This document shows positions 1-30,520 of a DNA stretch of 64,000 nt, in pieces. The stretch is from Anolis carolinensis (lineage: Eukaryota). The translations under genes and the position numbers were made by a program. The first letter of the stretch is position 1, and the number at the start of each line of letters is the position of its first letter. The stretch spans positions 144,073,574 through 144,137,573 of the forward strand of contig NC_085841.1 of assembly GCF_035594765.1 (NCBI RefSeq). The letters run 5' to 3'. The notes beneath the pieces are model-generated. The model saw only the letters and a list, made by a program, of their open reading frames with translations. It was not told the origin of the DNA and searched no databases.

Positions 1-466
1 ATGAAGAGCCCTGGAGGGCATTTAGGGACATATTGAGAGAGGAAGATGTTTTGCAAAATATTGCTTTGATACTGTGGAAACACCTTCTGCAATATCTAGA
101 ACTAATCTTTGAACCTTTTGGAGAAATAGTTAATTTTTTTGCAACAAACAAAACAACAAAAATGGTTGATCCTTGAAGGGGGGGGGGCAGGGGCCACAAT
201 ATTGCCTGTAGGTTGCATTTTGCCCACTCCTGCTGTACAGGTTCATTAACATAAGTTAACTTATATTATTAAGTCTTGATTTGGTCCTTGGCCATATAGT
301 TTAAAACAAACATTTACAAAAAACAGCAGCAGCTTCTTTGAAGAGATGAAGCAGTTCTTTAAAAATAAAAATCCAGTTCTTCTGTACCAAAATGCTTCTT
401 TGGCCGACAATTGCTGCAGTCACAGCAAGAAGCACTTCCTCGGCATGAAGTGGAGTTAACTGAAAT

Positions 467-538
467 TCAGGACTTCTCAGATGTTAAAACTGAGTCAAAG
501 GCTGTAGAGAGCATCTTACAAATGGCTTGTGCTTGTTC
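467..538 (-). CDS. ITGB1BP1: ITGB1BP1 last coding exon
   Basis: [26 protein letters not shown]. Confidence 0.95.
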   Translation of the reverse strand, partial: EQAQAICKMLSTAFDSVLTSEKS

Positions 539-3500
539 CTATAGTTTATGAAATAAGAAATCATAAAAATCATTTTCACTAGTTTAGAGTGCAATTCAAT
601 CTTACAGAATTCAAGACATGCCTTGTTTCTCTGATGATGGTTTGGAAATATGTGGGCTTCCAGACTTTGTTGAATTATAACTACCTTCTAGCCCAGGCAT
701 GAGCAAACTTGGGCCCTCCAGGTGTTTGGGACTTCAACCAGTAGGCTATTAGGAATTGTGGGGGTTGAAGTACAAAATTGTTCTAACCCATGCCTGCTCT
801 AGCCAATAAAGAAGCCTCATGGGAATTATAGTTTAACATCTAGAAAACCACATATTATCTATTCCTGTTCTATGATATATGATAGGCATGTGCCTCAGGT
901 TCAGATGAATTTCAATTAGGATTATTCAGACCCCTTCCATACAGCTGAATAAATTCCACATTATCTGCTTTAAACTGGAACATATGGCAGTGTGGATTCA
1001 GATATCCCAGTTCAAAGCAAATATTGTGGGATTTTCTGCCTTGATATTCTGCCTCATGGCTGTGTGGAAAGGCCCTCAAACAGATTTGGGAGATGTCTGC
1101 ACTGAAGTGTCATGCCTCCGAAGCAGGCCAAACACGAACACCTATGAAGATTTCCTAGCCATTTCAGTTTGGAAAGACATAACTAGTATGCCTGTAATAC
1201 ATTTCTACAAGGGACCTCATGTAAGGAAAACAAAAACTGGAGAAGGAAAAAAAGGAATGAAGTTTTGTAATTGACTGTTCTAGTATGCAGTCAAAATTTA
1301 ATTTCACTAGGACTCTCCAACCACATTGAAAGGATATTGAAATAAAATAACATCGAACTAGTGCTCAATACAACAAATTGGTTTTTATCACCATCAGCAA
1401 ACGCCAACTTAATGATTTGAATAAAGTTTCCCATGACTGTTCACTGATCATTAAAATTTACAAACTCAGCTAAGAAATACACAACATCTAGCATGGTCTG
1501 GTTTGTGTATATAGCATAATGCTCAGAATCCTGTTGGAATTGTATGTCTTCACAAATGGACTTTCACCTGTAGGAATTAGGATTTTGCAGTTCTCTAATG
1601 CTCACATCCAGTAAAGGGCTGCTCTTACACTGCAATATAAGTGAGCCAGCAAAGTCTGTTAAAGCATATTATGTAAATGTTACATAGATAGTAAGAGCTT
1701 TGGCGACCATACTGTTTCTTCCAAGTGTGCCCCAGCCTCTAGTGCTCTTCATGTTATAACCTTTCGTCACAGTTTTGGCTAAGTAAAGGTACTGGGAGTT
1801 CATGCATACTATTAGTATGGTGCACATTAAATTGCTATCTTTACATCCCATTGGCTATATGGCCTTTAAAAATACAAAAAATCACCTCACCAAACTATTA
1901 CACTGGTATATCCAAAGGTTGTATTCTTCATACTTTGTATCAGTTGTTTTCAAAGCCAGCAAACTCTTGCCTGCGCCAAGGCCGTCGTCATAGCAGACCA
2001 TACGAACAATTAGGTAAAGTGCATGTCTATGCAGAACATCCTGAAAGTTGCACAGGTTAATTTAGTACAGAAGAAAAATAGTTATTAGTTCACTTCATCA
2101 ATATAAAACTTCTAAGATGTTGCCTTATGCGTTTGGGAATGAATGCTCCATGCTTTATTTGCAAAAAATAGCTTGCAGAAATCCTATTTGTGGGATAGAC
2201 AAATTATTCTCTCACTTACTAATAAGATAGGAATTGAACTTTACATTTGTCAGGGCACAAAAAAATCAAAACTGTCTCAAGAATTCTGTGCAAAGTTTCT
2301 CTTTTGAGCGTTCATTTCTCAAATCTCCTTTGTCCTATAAGGCTCACAAACACGTTGTTAATAGGACTGGTGTCAGCTTGGTAAATACTTGCTACCTTTT
2401 GTAATACTGTATGAGGCGAGTTCGTGATACCAGTACTCAAAGTTCAAAGAGCTTAGCACAAACTTCTTACAGTTCTGCATTTGGGGACTAGATAAAAGAA
2501 GACCGGGACTTATTACAAAAAGCTTTTACACCACTTTCGTTTCATCCCCTTGGCACAGATTACACGTTGTACTGAAGTGGGAAACTGTGAACAAAGCAAT
2601 ATTATTTTACTGGGGAAGGCTGATATTTCTGAGTACTATCAACTTGAGTCCCTTCTACATTGCCATATAAAATCCTGATTACTGCTTTGAACTGGATTAT
2701 ATGGCAGTGTAGACACATATAAACCACTTCAAAGCAGAGAATGTGGATTATCTGTTTTGATAATCTGGATTATATAGCAGTATAGAAGGGAGCCTTAAAC
2801 CGCTATCTGAAAGTAACGGTTTGGACCCTGTTTTGAGATACCTCCATTGGCCTTTTTTCTGTTAATGACATGAAGGCCAGAATTATAGGATAATTATATT
2901 CATAGGATTCCATAAAATATGTGATTGCTATTCCATAAGTAGAATAAGCACCTCTCATTATTTCAATTCCTTGACTCATTTTGAGAGAAAAGCATTTAAG
3001 TAATTACAAATTGGTATGGGAGTTATGTAAATATTCCCCGATCTCAAACTCTTTATATGTATGAGTTGTCAGAGAAAGATATATTCTTCTATCTAATGTT
3101 ATTCTAGTATCTTTCCAACATCCTCAGGAGTGTCTGCATCTTTAGGAAAAGAAAACTAAAGGTGTAAGAACAACAATAACACAGAACAATATGAGAAGAC
3201 CAAAGCAGAGCAGAATGAGTGGTTACAAAATGCTGAATTCCTGTTTGAGAAAACAAACTGACAAATGGAAAGAAATGGGAATGGAGTCTCCCGAAGTAAG
3301 ACCCTGTGCTGGCTGGCCCAATGAGAAAGAGTATGCCACCAGCAATGTCTTGTGGGTCATAACTATGCACTATTAAATCAAACATCTAAAGATGAAATGA
3401 AGTACAGAATGCACTTCTTCCACTATACTCCCCACCTTTCCAACTCTCATAATATGTCTCAGATTCAAGGACTTAGTCGCATTAACCCTATTTTGAAATA

Positions 3501-6500
3501 CATTTAAGAAAGGTTAACTACTAATATATTTCAGGACTATCACTTACATACTGGTCCAAAGTTGTGACCTTAATGCCGTACTTGGACACTCCCATAACAA
3601 ATTCCTCTTCCCCTGGAACAAAGGGTAGTTTTCCATCTTGCTTTGAAAAGAAACAGAAAGAAATATTGTATGTACGTGTCAGTACTACTCAACATTCACT
3701 CCTGAAACAAGTATTGGAAGAGGCAAGTTCCTTACAACTTGAAAATCTTATTAAAGATACACAAGCATCAAAGCTCAATAAAAGTTCGTTAGCAATTAAA
3801 GCAGTATGTGACCTATGAGCGGATTACTATGTTTTTTTTAAATTAAGTTGTGTTTTGCTAGAATGTCTATATTTAAGACACTATTTACTAAAGGCATCAT
3901 TACCTAGGCTTTAATAAAAACAGGTCATGGAATGTTGATAATTACTTTGTTAGTTTTACTCATTTAATGATTAAAAATGAGAAATGCAATTTCTTTGAAT
4001 ATGTTGAACAGATTTATATTTGAATGTATGCTTTATTGGAACCAATCCTCATGATTACATTATTCATTTCTACTATTTAAGGAAGGTGCAGGAGACCTAT
4101 TTGGCAAAAGCTGACAACCTGAGGTCAACCAGAACTGTGTGGAAGCTACAGTAGATATTTTGTGCATTAATGTTTATTTACACAAGTAGCTCCAGCCTCT
4201 CAACCTGCTGCAGGCCAATCCTTAAAAAACAGAAATAGTTGGCTGTCATATTTGCCCTATAAAAATACCTAAGGTGAAATGTTTCTATTTAATTTAGAAC
4301 TAATATGTTTGATGAAAGTCCAAAATAATTATCCAGAGTAACTACACTGGTGCATTTTCGTTTTATACTAAAATACATACGACACTGGCCATTGTCTTTA
4401 CCTGTGCCACATCTATGTAGTTGATTAAGTCCAGCGGCCCCTCCAAAGTCTTGCTTTCATCAAGCTTTAACTTCTCAATGGCACCAACATATTTCACTCT
4501 AAATTCTGCACAAGTATCTGAATTGCTATTGCTCTGACCTAGAGAGAAGTACATATTCAAACAAGAATCCAACCATGAAAGCTAACGCACACCCCTCAAG
4601 ACCCATCCCATGCATGTAAGCTCAGCTTTAGCAGCATGAAAATCAAGAGTAGTGAAAACATCATTACTGGGCTGCATCCCATATTATCCACCCAAGATTT
4701 CAGAACTGCTTCATTCTAGAACAGTGGTTCTCAACCTGTGTGTCCCCAAATGTTTTGGCCTTCAACTCCCATTAATCCTAACAGCTGGTAAACTGGCTGG
4801 GAATTCTAGGAACTGTAGGACAAAACTCCTGGGGACCCACAGATTGAGAACCACTGTTCTAGAAGGATCCACATGACAGAAGAATTCTTTGATAGCACAC
4901 AACCAACGTTAATGCAAAAGCTGAAGGACAGGACCAAAGGAGATGAATTAGCACTGTTTTATGGGCCTGGGGGCCTGGATGGTTTGTTTCCAGTTGGCTT
5001 CAGCAACTTTACCATCTCATTAAAAAGATGAAGAACTGTTCCATTTAGAAGCTATTTGGTGGGGTATGATAATAGGAGGAAAACATGGAAAGAAGTGCAA
5101 GTATCTGTAACAACATTTTCAGAAATTCACATTAATGGTATGAACTAACAGCACGTTTGTTTATATTATGCAGTCGCCTGTCTAGGGCTTTGCCTTTCCC
5201 TCCAGGACTACTGGATGTAAACCATGAAAAACAGTCAATATTGCAAAAACTAGAGAGAAAAGCTACCACACAAGAATTTACATACAAATATTTGTTTATA
5301 CACAAGTATGCTCACCCTCCTTCACCGGTTTATAGATAGCACAAACTTCTGAGTTATTATCTGCTTAAGAAAATTCTATTCCTGTTAATGCACAACACTC
5401 AATAAAATTCGTATTTCTTTTAATTATTCTTATTATGATGTTTATTTATATTCTGCTTTTTCTCTCCATAAGGAGACTCAAAGTGGCTAGCACTCATCTA
5501 CACAATTGACCAATTATAATCCATTCAGAACATCAGATTCATACCTGAACTTTTTGTAGAGTCTGTATCTAGACTAGCAACAGTGCTAGATCTTGAAAGT
5601 CCTCCAAGACTGGAGTCCACTGACTAGGTAAGGAAAGAGAAATAGGACAATGCTGTGAGGTTCTTCTTCTCTATGATTCATTTTCTCAGTTCTCTGCAGT
5701 TTAAATAAAGGATGCACTAAATTTATGCAGGTTTAACACATCTTTGGATTTGTATTAAATTGTTTAGCATAAATGGATAACAAAGAAATACTTTTTTTCC
5801 TTCAACATGCTAAATAATTCACATTTTAATAGTTCTAAACAGTAATGTCCATATTGGACATTTTTTTAATATATGAAAGTATGAACCCACATTTGCACCC
5901 ATTGGGATTTCCAATTGAAAATAATACATTTAGTCTCAAAAATTCATATATGTGTAACTTTCTGTGAGGATACAGCTACATTGTAACATTAATTCAGATT
6001 GACACCACTTTAACTGCCATGGCTCTGTGCTACGGATTTATGGGAGTTGCAATTTCACAACATAAGATCACAGAGCATTGAGCCATGGCGGTTAAAGTGG
6101 CCTCAAACTGCATTAATTTTACAGTGTAAATGAACATTGTGTCTTGGAGGGAACATGTACACAAAACCATGCTGGTATTTTGAAAAATGAGCACACCATT
6201 TCACCAAATGCTCAGTGGGTAGTGTTCTATTATCTGAGTAGACTCCAAAAGGGGGCCTAGACAGAGGATAGTCCATTTTATGGGGGGGGGGGGGGGAGTT
6301 TAAGGAGTTAAACCACCCACCCCCCCCAGTTTTGCTGGTTATTCCTCCCCTCCCCAGTGTTATAAACAAGTTATTACGACGACAACATGGGTGGGGAGGG
6401 AGGGAATAACAGGAAACCGGGGGAAATGGTTTAACTCCTTCAACCCACCCTCCACTCAATAAAATGGACTACTCTGCCTAGGCCCCCTTTTGGGCTCTGC

Positions 6501-7401
6501 CCAGATAATGAAACAGTACTGCTCAGAGCATCACTCACTATTTATTATTCAGTTTCAGTGAATTACAAACAGATCCATCTGTGATGGTGCCAATTAAAAT
6601 AATTTAACTTACTTAAATCACTAACAAGGGAAATAGTATAAATAAATATTTCAGATTTAGCTATTTTATTTATTTAATTATTTATTTCCATCATTTCTAT
6701 CTCGCCCTTCTCACCCGAAGGGACTCAGGGCGGCTTACAAAACTGGCAGAATTTGATGCCAATACACAACAATACAAAAGAATAAAACATAAGCAGATTT
6801 AAAAACAGATTTAAAACAATACAAAAAATTTACTTAACAGCAAAGGTTTTTCTCATTTGGTAAGGAAAGCCTAAATACATCAAGTATCTGGTTAAAATAC
6901 ATGAATACATCTCTTGCTGTCGTCCAACTGCCTGAAATACATATCCAGCCCTGCCTGTATGACTACGGTAGTAGTTCTGAAAAGGCATTAAGCTGATAGC
7001 AAACTTTCACCGCATTAGAAGGATTCACAGAAATGAACAATACAGTATAACCCAATATATCCACAGGAGATACATTCCTAGACTGCACGTAGATATATGA
7101 AACTACAGATAATAGCGAACCAAGTCCCACTGAATACAATGGGGCAGCAAAATAGTGTCCTTTATATAAATTGGTCAACCAACACAAGTTTGTTTTTGGG
7201 AATTATTCAAAATTTTAAAGCCATGATTAAACGGATGTGTGGATGCAGAATGGAGACAAAGGTTCACCTGCAATATGAAAATATGACTAATTTATTGTAT
7301 ACCTCAGCCCAATAGCACATTGCTCTTACTTTGCTTTTAGTGCTGATCTCACTGCTCTGGGAGCTGCTGCTGCTGTGCCGCTTCTTGCCTTTCCTGAACA
7401 T
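467..7401 (-). CDS. ITGB1BP1: Integrin beta-1-binding protein 1 (ICAP-1), spliced CDS of 200 aa
   Basis: complement(join(467..538,1891..2040,3548..3640,4402..4538,5545..5623,7330..7401)) = 603 nt, all introns GT-AG. Translation [32 protein letters not shown]...[15 protein letters not shown]...[19 protein letters not shown]...[10 protein letters not shown] matches ICAP-1 (PTB domain). Confidence 0.97.
694..796. mobile_element. hAT-type MITE (deleted copy)
   Basis: CAGGCATG..CATGCCTG termini; 8-bp TSD ttctagcc/ctctagcc. Confidence 0.7.
929..1075. mobile_element. PIF/Harbinger-like palindromic MITE family (further copies near 2648-2795, 10447-10584, 10670-11288, 39990-40138, 43231-43381, 51894-52043, 52965-53164)
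   Basis: GGCCCTTCCACACAG-type TIRs; 3-bp TSD TCA here and TGA at 43228/43382; shared core ATCTGCTTTGAACTGG. Confidence 0.7.
1891..2040 (-). CDS. ITGB1BP1: ITGB1BP1 coding exon 5
   Basis: [50 protein letters not shown]; 150 nt. Confidence 0.95.
3548..3640 (-). CDS. ITGB1BP1: ITGB1BP1 coding exon 4
   Basis: [31 protein letters not shown]; 93 nt. Confidence 0.95.
4402..4538 (-). CDS. ITGB1BP1: ITGB1BP1 coding exon 3
   Basis: [46 protein letters not shown]; 137 nt. Confidence 0.95.
4722..4856. mobile_element. hAT (Charlie/Buster-like) MITE
   Basis: TIR CAGTGGTTCTCAA/TTGAGAACCACTG; perfect 8-bp TSD ttctagaa. Confidence 0.85.
5545..5623 (-). CDS. ITGB1BP1: ITGB1BP1 coding exon 2
   Basis: [26 protein letters not shown]; 79 nt; ag/gt flanks. 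Confidence 0.95.
6210..6529. mobile_element. Fold-back (long inverted repeat) MITE-like element
   Basis: Arms ATTATCTGAGTAGACTCCAAAAGGGGGCCTAG..TAGTCCATTTTAT..AAGGAGTTAAACCA are mirrored at 6427-6509. Confidence 0.65.
7330..7401 (-). CDS. ITGB1BP1: ITGB1BP1 coding exon 1
   Basis: ATG at 7401; [24 protein letters not shown]; gtaag donor. Confidence 0.95.
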
Positions 7402-8396
7402 CTTCTGTCAAGACAGAAGAGCAAAGGGAATTCATATAAGAAAGAACAAATATTGTTTATCACATTGTTGCAGCAGAAAGCCCTAAAGACACACATAATT
7501 CCACAAAATATAAATATATTTAAGATGGAGGTTCAAATCTTCTATTCAAAATCCATCACAAACTGATAAATAAAAGTGTTTCAATATTTAGTACGCTTGT
7601 GTATGAATTCATTTTGGATGTTTGCTTTCGGCTTATTCGGAAGCCTGTAATGGGATGGGCTCTGCTGACAGTTTTCTACTGACCACAACAGAACAGTGGC
7701 TGTCAAAAACCAGCTGCTTTCTGTTTCTTTTGATTACACGTGAAATGCAGGGAGGGAGGCAGTTACTAGAAGGGAAAGGGTCCCAGGAAGTTTCTTAAGC
7801 CCTCTCTTCTCTCTTGATTTGAAAGCAGAAGGGAGATTGAAGCATTAAGGGGTAAGGCACCAGTTCTCCTTTCCAGGATCTCCAAATCAAGAAAGATGGG
7901 AGGTCTTTTTAAAGGAAGTCCAAGGTAGGATACCTCCAGGTCAATCCCTCTTCCTTCCTTGGGAAATGGGAAGCCTCCTTAAAATTCTTGGAAAACTGCC
8001 TCCTGCAGGGAGAAAGCGCACCTGCAGCTACTCTCGTCTAGGGTAGAAACAGCCTTAACAAAGCATTAAATCCAGTCTCCTTTACAGACAGAAAGGAAAG
8101 GATCGCAGAAAGAGTGGTATCTTAACTCTGATGCTTCTAATCGAGGTCTTAAGAAGGATATAAGGACAAACGCCTAAAAGGACGGGAAGGGGAGCCTGGG
8201 AAGTCCCCTCCATTGCTGCCAATAGGCCAGATAGAAAACAAATCTTTCAGATTCCCAGATCGAAAAGGGATTTCTGTTCTCCCGAATTCAGGAGGTTCTT
8301 GAACGCACGCCCCCCCCCCCCCCCAAAATCCGGAACACAGAAGCAGATAGCTTCTAGGTCTTGAATGTAGAAACAAAGAAATGCTCACTCTGTCAA

Positions 8397-9035
8397 TGTT
8401 GGAGATGGCAACCTTCTCAAGCCTCCTCTATCTAATGTTTTGTCTGTTTATAATGTGTTGTTTATTTCCTGAAGTGTATGTCTTCTTTGGTTTACAGTTT
8501 TCTTAGCTCTATGTACTTGAAACAGTGGGAGGGACTGCAGATACTGCAATTGGTTCAGTGACTGTTTAGAATGCAGTTTAAAAGGATGACAGTTGTGGAA
8601 TGACAGTGGATGCTTGTGTCTGTTTGAGTACAGACAGAGTGTAAGAAGTACAGTAGTGTAAGAAGTTAGAGGTCTGTTGAGGCTTGAGTTCCTTGAAAGG
8701 AGACTGTTATAAAAAAAGAGCAATACAAACAATATAGTTTTGAAGAGACTGTTAAAGATTATAAGTTAAAGATGCAAACTGAAACGTTTTAAAGATTAAC
8801 CTGACAAGAAATGTACCTTCAATACATAAAGTTGTAAGCAAAGCAAACTTGTTATTTTAAAAGAAGTCTACTTGAATCTTTGTCTGCTGAGTGTGGAATA
8901 GAAACAAGATATTTACACAGCCAATGATCTTCCATTACCCAATAAACTAAAAGAACACTCCTGAAACTCTGCTACCTAACAGGTTATGATCCTAACAAGT
9001 CATAATCCAATAACCCAATAGGTTACAGGCCCAGA
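8397..9035 (+). mobile_element. Ty1/copia-like LTR (8397-8981) followed by primer-binding-site remnants
   Basis: TGTT...AACA termini and AATAAA at 8941. Immediately followed by GGTTATG (8982) and GGTTACAGGCCCAG (9021-9034), resembling the copia half-tRNAiMet PBS GGTTATGGGCCCAG. Confidence 0.6.
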
Positions 9036-9349
9036 CAACTCTTAATGAAGGATATAAGGACAAACAATGCCTAAAACAGTGGGAAGGAGAGCCTGGAGAG
9101 CACCCCCCCCCCCCCGCCGCCGCCGCCGCCAATGGGCAGGATAGAAAATAAATCTTTCAGCTTCCCAGATCAAAACCGGATTTCTATTCTGCCGAATTCG
9201 GGAGGCTCCCGAAAAACGGATCGGGACCCCCACTGAAATCCGAGACATGGAAACGGATAGCTTCTGGATCTTGAAGGTATGAAACAAAAAAGGCTCACTA
9301 GGCCTGGACAGCAGCAAGAATAGAAAGAACATCATGGGTGCCTCTACAC

Positions 9350-9541
9350 CAGGCCTGGGCAAACTTGGGCCCTCCAGGTATTTCGGACTTCAACTCCCAC
9401 CATTCCTCACAGCCTCAGGCCCTTTCATTTACCCACTCAGCCATAAGCGACTGAGGGGGGAATGGAAGGGGCCTGAGGCTGAAAGGAATGGTGGGAGTTG
9501 AAGTTCAAAACACCTGGAGGGCCCAAGTTTGCCCAGGCCTG
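9350..9541. mobile_element. hAT MITE, full length, young
   Basis: ~30-bp perfect TIR CAGGCCTGGGCAAACTTGGGCCCTCCAGGT; perfect 8-bp TSD ctctacac. Confidence 0.9.
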
Positions 9542-9690
9542 CTCTACACTGTAGGACTGATGCGGTTTGACACCACTTTAACTGTCTTGGAATACTGGGA
9601 GTGTTGTGTTTGGCGAGGTACCAGCCTTATCTGGCAGAGAAGGCTAAAGGCCTTGTCAAATTCCAGAGCAAAAAGATCGCAAACCCTTAC

Positions 9691-9820
9691 TTGCAGCCCA
9701 AGCGCCTTGCTCCCTCCCTCGCAGGCCGCTCCTTGAAGTTCTCCACAAACGGGAAGGCACGGAAAACAGACAGTGTTACCCCGCCGGCTTCGTGCCCTAC
9801 CACAGAGTTCCACTTCCGGT
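9691..9820 (-). other. ITGB1BP1: Probable non-coding first exon of ITGB1BP1 (5' end approximate)
   Basis: Minus-strand donor CAA|gtaagg at 9690, at the edge of the CpG island. The first coding exon has a splice acceptor just upstream of its ATG, so a 5'UTR exon must exist. Confidence 0.55.
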
Positions 9821-9981
9821 CCTTGTTCCCTCCCCTCGGCTTCTCTAAGTTTGCGAGCGCAAGGCGGAAGTGAAGGCAGGAGAGGCCCCTTTCCGGTTCT
9901 TCCTCGACGTGCTCTCGCGTACGGGTGCCGAGGAAGGACATTCCTTGCTGTGTGTTCGTTTGCTTCTTCCCCGCTGCAGGG

Positions 9982-28724
<18,743 letters not shown>

Positions 28725-28902
28725 ACGGAGTGAATACTGTATATATTGGGGACCATGGAGAGGGGATTACTACTTTGCCATCACTGTTTTTTTTTTAATT
28801 GTCCTTTAAAAAAGTTTCTATGTCCCCTAAATAGTGTACAGTAAGATAGAATTATTTTGTTGGAAGCATTCAGCTGTTCTGAATACATTTTTCCTTGAAT
28901 AC

Positions 28903-28908
28903 ATTAAA
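28903..28908 (+). terminator. Candidate CPSF3 polyadenylation signal (ATTAAA)
   Basis: First PAS hexamer lying wholly within the 3'UTR, ~180 nt after the stop. Confidence 0.45.
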
Positions 28909-29779
28909 ATGGATTTGTTTATTATGAATTCAGTGCAATTGTGGGATCCAGAACACCCTCTAGAGAGCCTGTCTGCTTTAGAATCTTCCATGTACTTTCG
29001 GGCCAGGACCAATGCAGCAAATGTTAATGGCTTCTTTGACTATAGGAGGAAGTCCAAACATTGGAAAGAGGAGATTAATATATGTGTGATGCGCATGGGA
29101 AAGAATTTACATCTCTTACATGTTTTGCATTCCAGGTTGTTCAGTTTTTTTTTTAAAAAAAAAGCAATCAACCAAAGTTGACATCCACTGCACAATGTAG
29201 CTTGATCATTTGATCCTATTGAAGCTGGGAAAGCGAACTGAGAACAGAAACTTCTTATTCTGCCCTAAGACCCTCCCTAGACATAAAGCTCTTTGATCTG
29301 GCTAGGACAAAGTTCTGAAACATGTCAAGAAGAGAAAAGAGCTAAAAACTCAAGATGTTGTCCCAGAAATCAGAGGTGTGATCATTTCTCTTGACTCTTA
29401 ATGGGTCTCGGACATAAACCTGATATAAAATAATGGAGTTATAAGAGACTCCCAAGAGCTATCCACACCAACCCCCTGGCATGCAAGAATTCACAATCAA
29501 AGCACTCCTGACAAACAGCTATCTAGCCTCTGCTAAAAAATCTCCAGAGAAAGAGACTCCACTACACTCCCAAGTAGCATAATCCATGGCTGAACAGCTC
29601 TGACTCTTAAGACAGTATATCCTAACATATAGGTGGAATTAGACGAAATCCACACAACTGTTTGCTTTGTCAAAATTGTACACTCCATCCCTGAGACACT
29701 GCAAGGGACCCAAGCTGTTACAAGAAAACAATTCTCCACATAGCAGTCAAAAGCCCAGCTCTCAGAACGGGGTGGGGTG

Positions 29780-30096
29780 TGTGTGAGACAACAGGAAGTG
29801 AAAGAAATCTACTCCTCAGGAAGGAAATCTCTTCTGAAAGAGTTACTCTGGAGTTTCCACAGAAGTTTTCTCACCAATTCTTGTTCCCACAACAAGCCAA
29901 TTTTTGCAAAATCCAGTTCTCATAGGGACAGAAAGTGAGGTGAAATCTTCTGAACGGGGATGTTAACCTTTTTGCTATCCAAAGGGAAGGGTTGGAGCTA
30001 CACTTAAAAATGTACTTGTTCTGACTTACAAACAAATTCAACATAAGAACAAACCTATTAAACCAATCTTGTTTTTAAGTTGGGGACTGCTTGTAC
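29780..30096. mobile_element. Tigger-like element, partial copy of the family at 62973-63394
   Basis: Shared GAGACAACAGGAAGTGA..AATCTAC interior and TTGGGGACTGC-TGTA terminus. Confidence 0.7.
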
Positions 30097-30365
30097 ATAC
30101 AGTATATATGCATTATATATTATATATAAGATTATATCTATATAAATTATATGAAACTCTTACAAAGGGTTGATTTAATCTCTGGTTTTCTAGTCAAAAT
30201 GAATGACTGTGTTGCAAAAAGATGTGACTAAAATGTGTGGCAACAACACAAAACCTTTTGAGAGCTCTGGATTAGAGGGGCCAGTGCATAGTCCTTCAAA
30301 TAACATGGACCTCTGAACGATTGGGCTTCAAGGGTGACAACCCATTGGGAGCCAGTGTAGCTGCT

Positions 30366-30520
30366 TCAACATAAGAATTGTATGCTCCCTGTAGCCAACC
30401 CCAGTTCACAATCTGGCTGCTCCCTTTGGAACAGCTGAAGTTTCCAAATACTCTTTAATAGCAGTTGCATATACAGTGCATTACCATAATTTAAAGATGA
30501 TGTGACTAAAGTCTGCTCCC
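30366..30520 (-). mobile_element. L2 LINE RT fragment
   Basis: TLVTSSLNYGNALYMQLLLKSIWKLQLFQ resembles L2 ALVTSRLDYCNALY.GLPLK..KLQLVQ. Confidence 0.65.
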
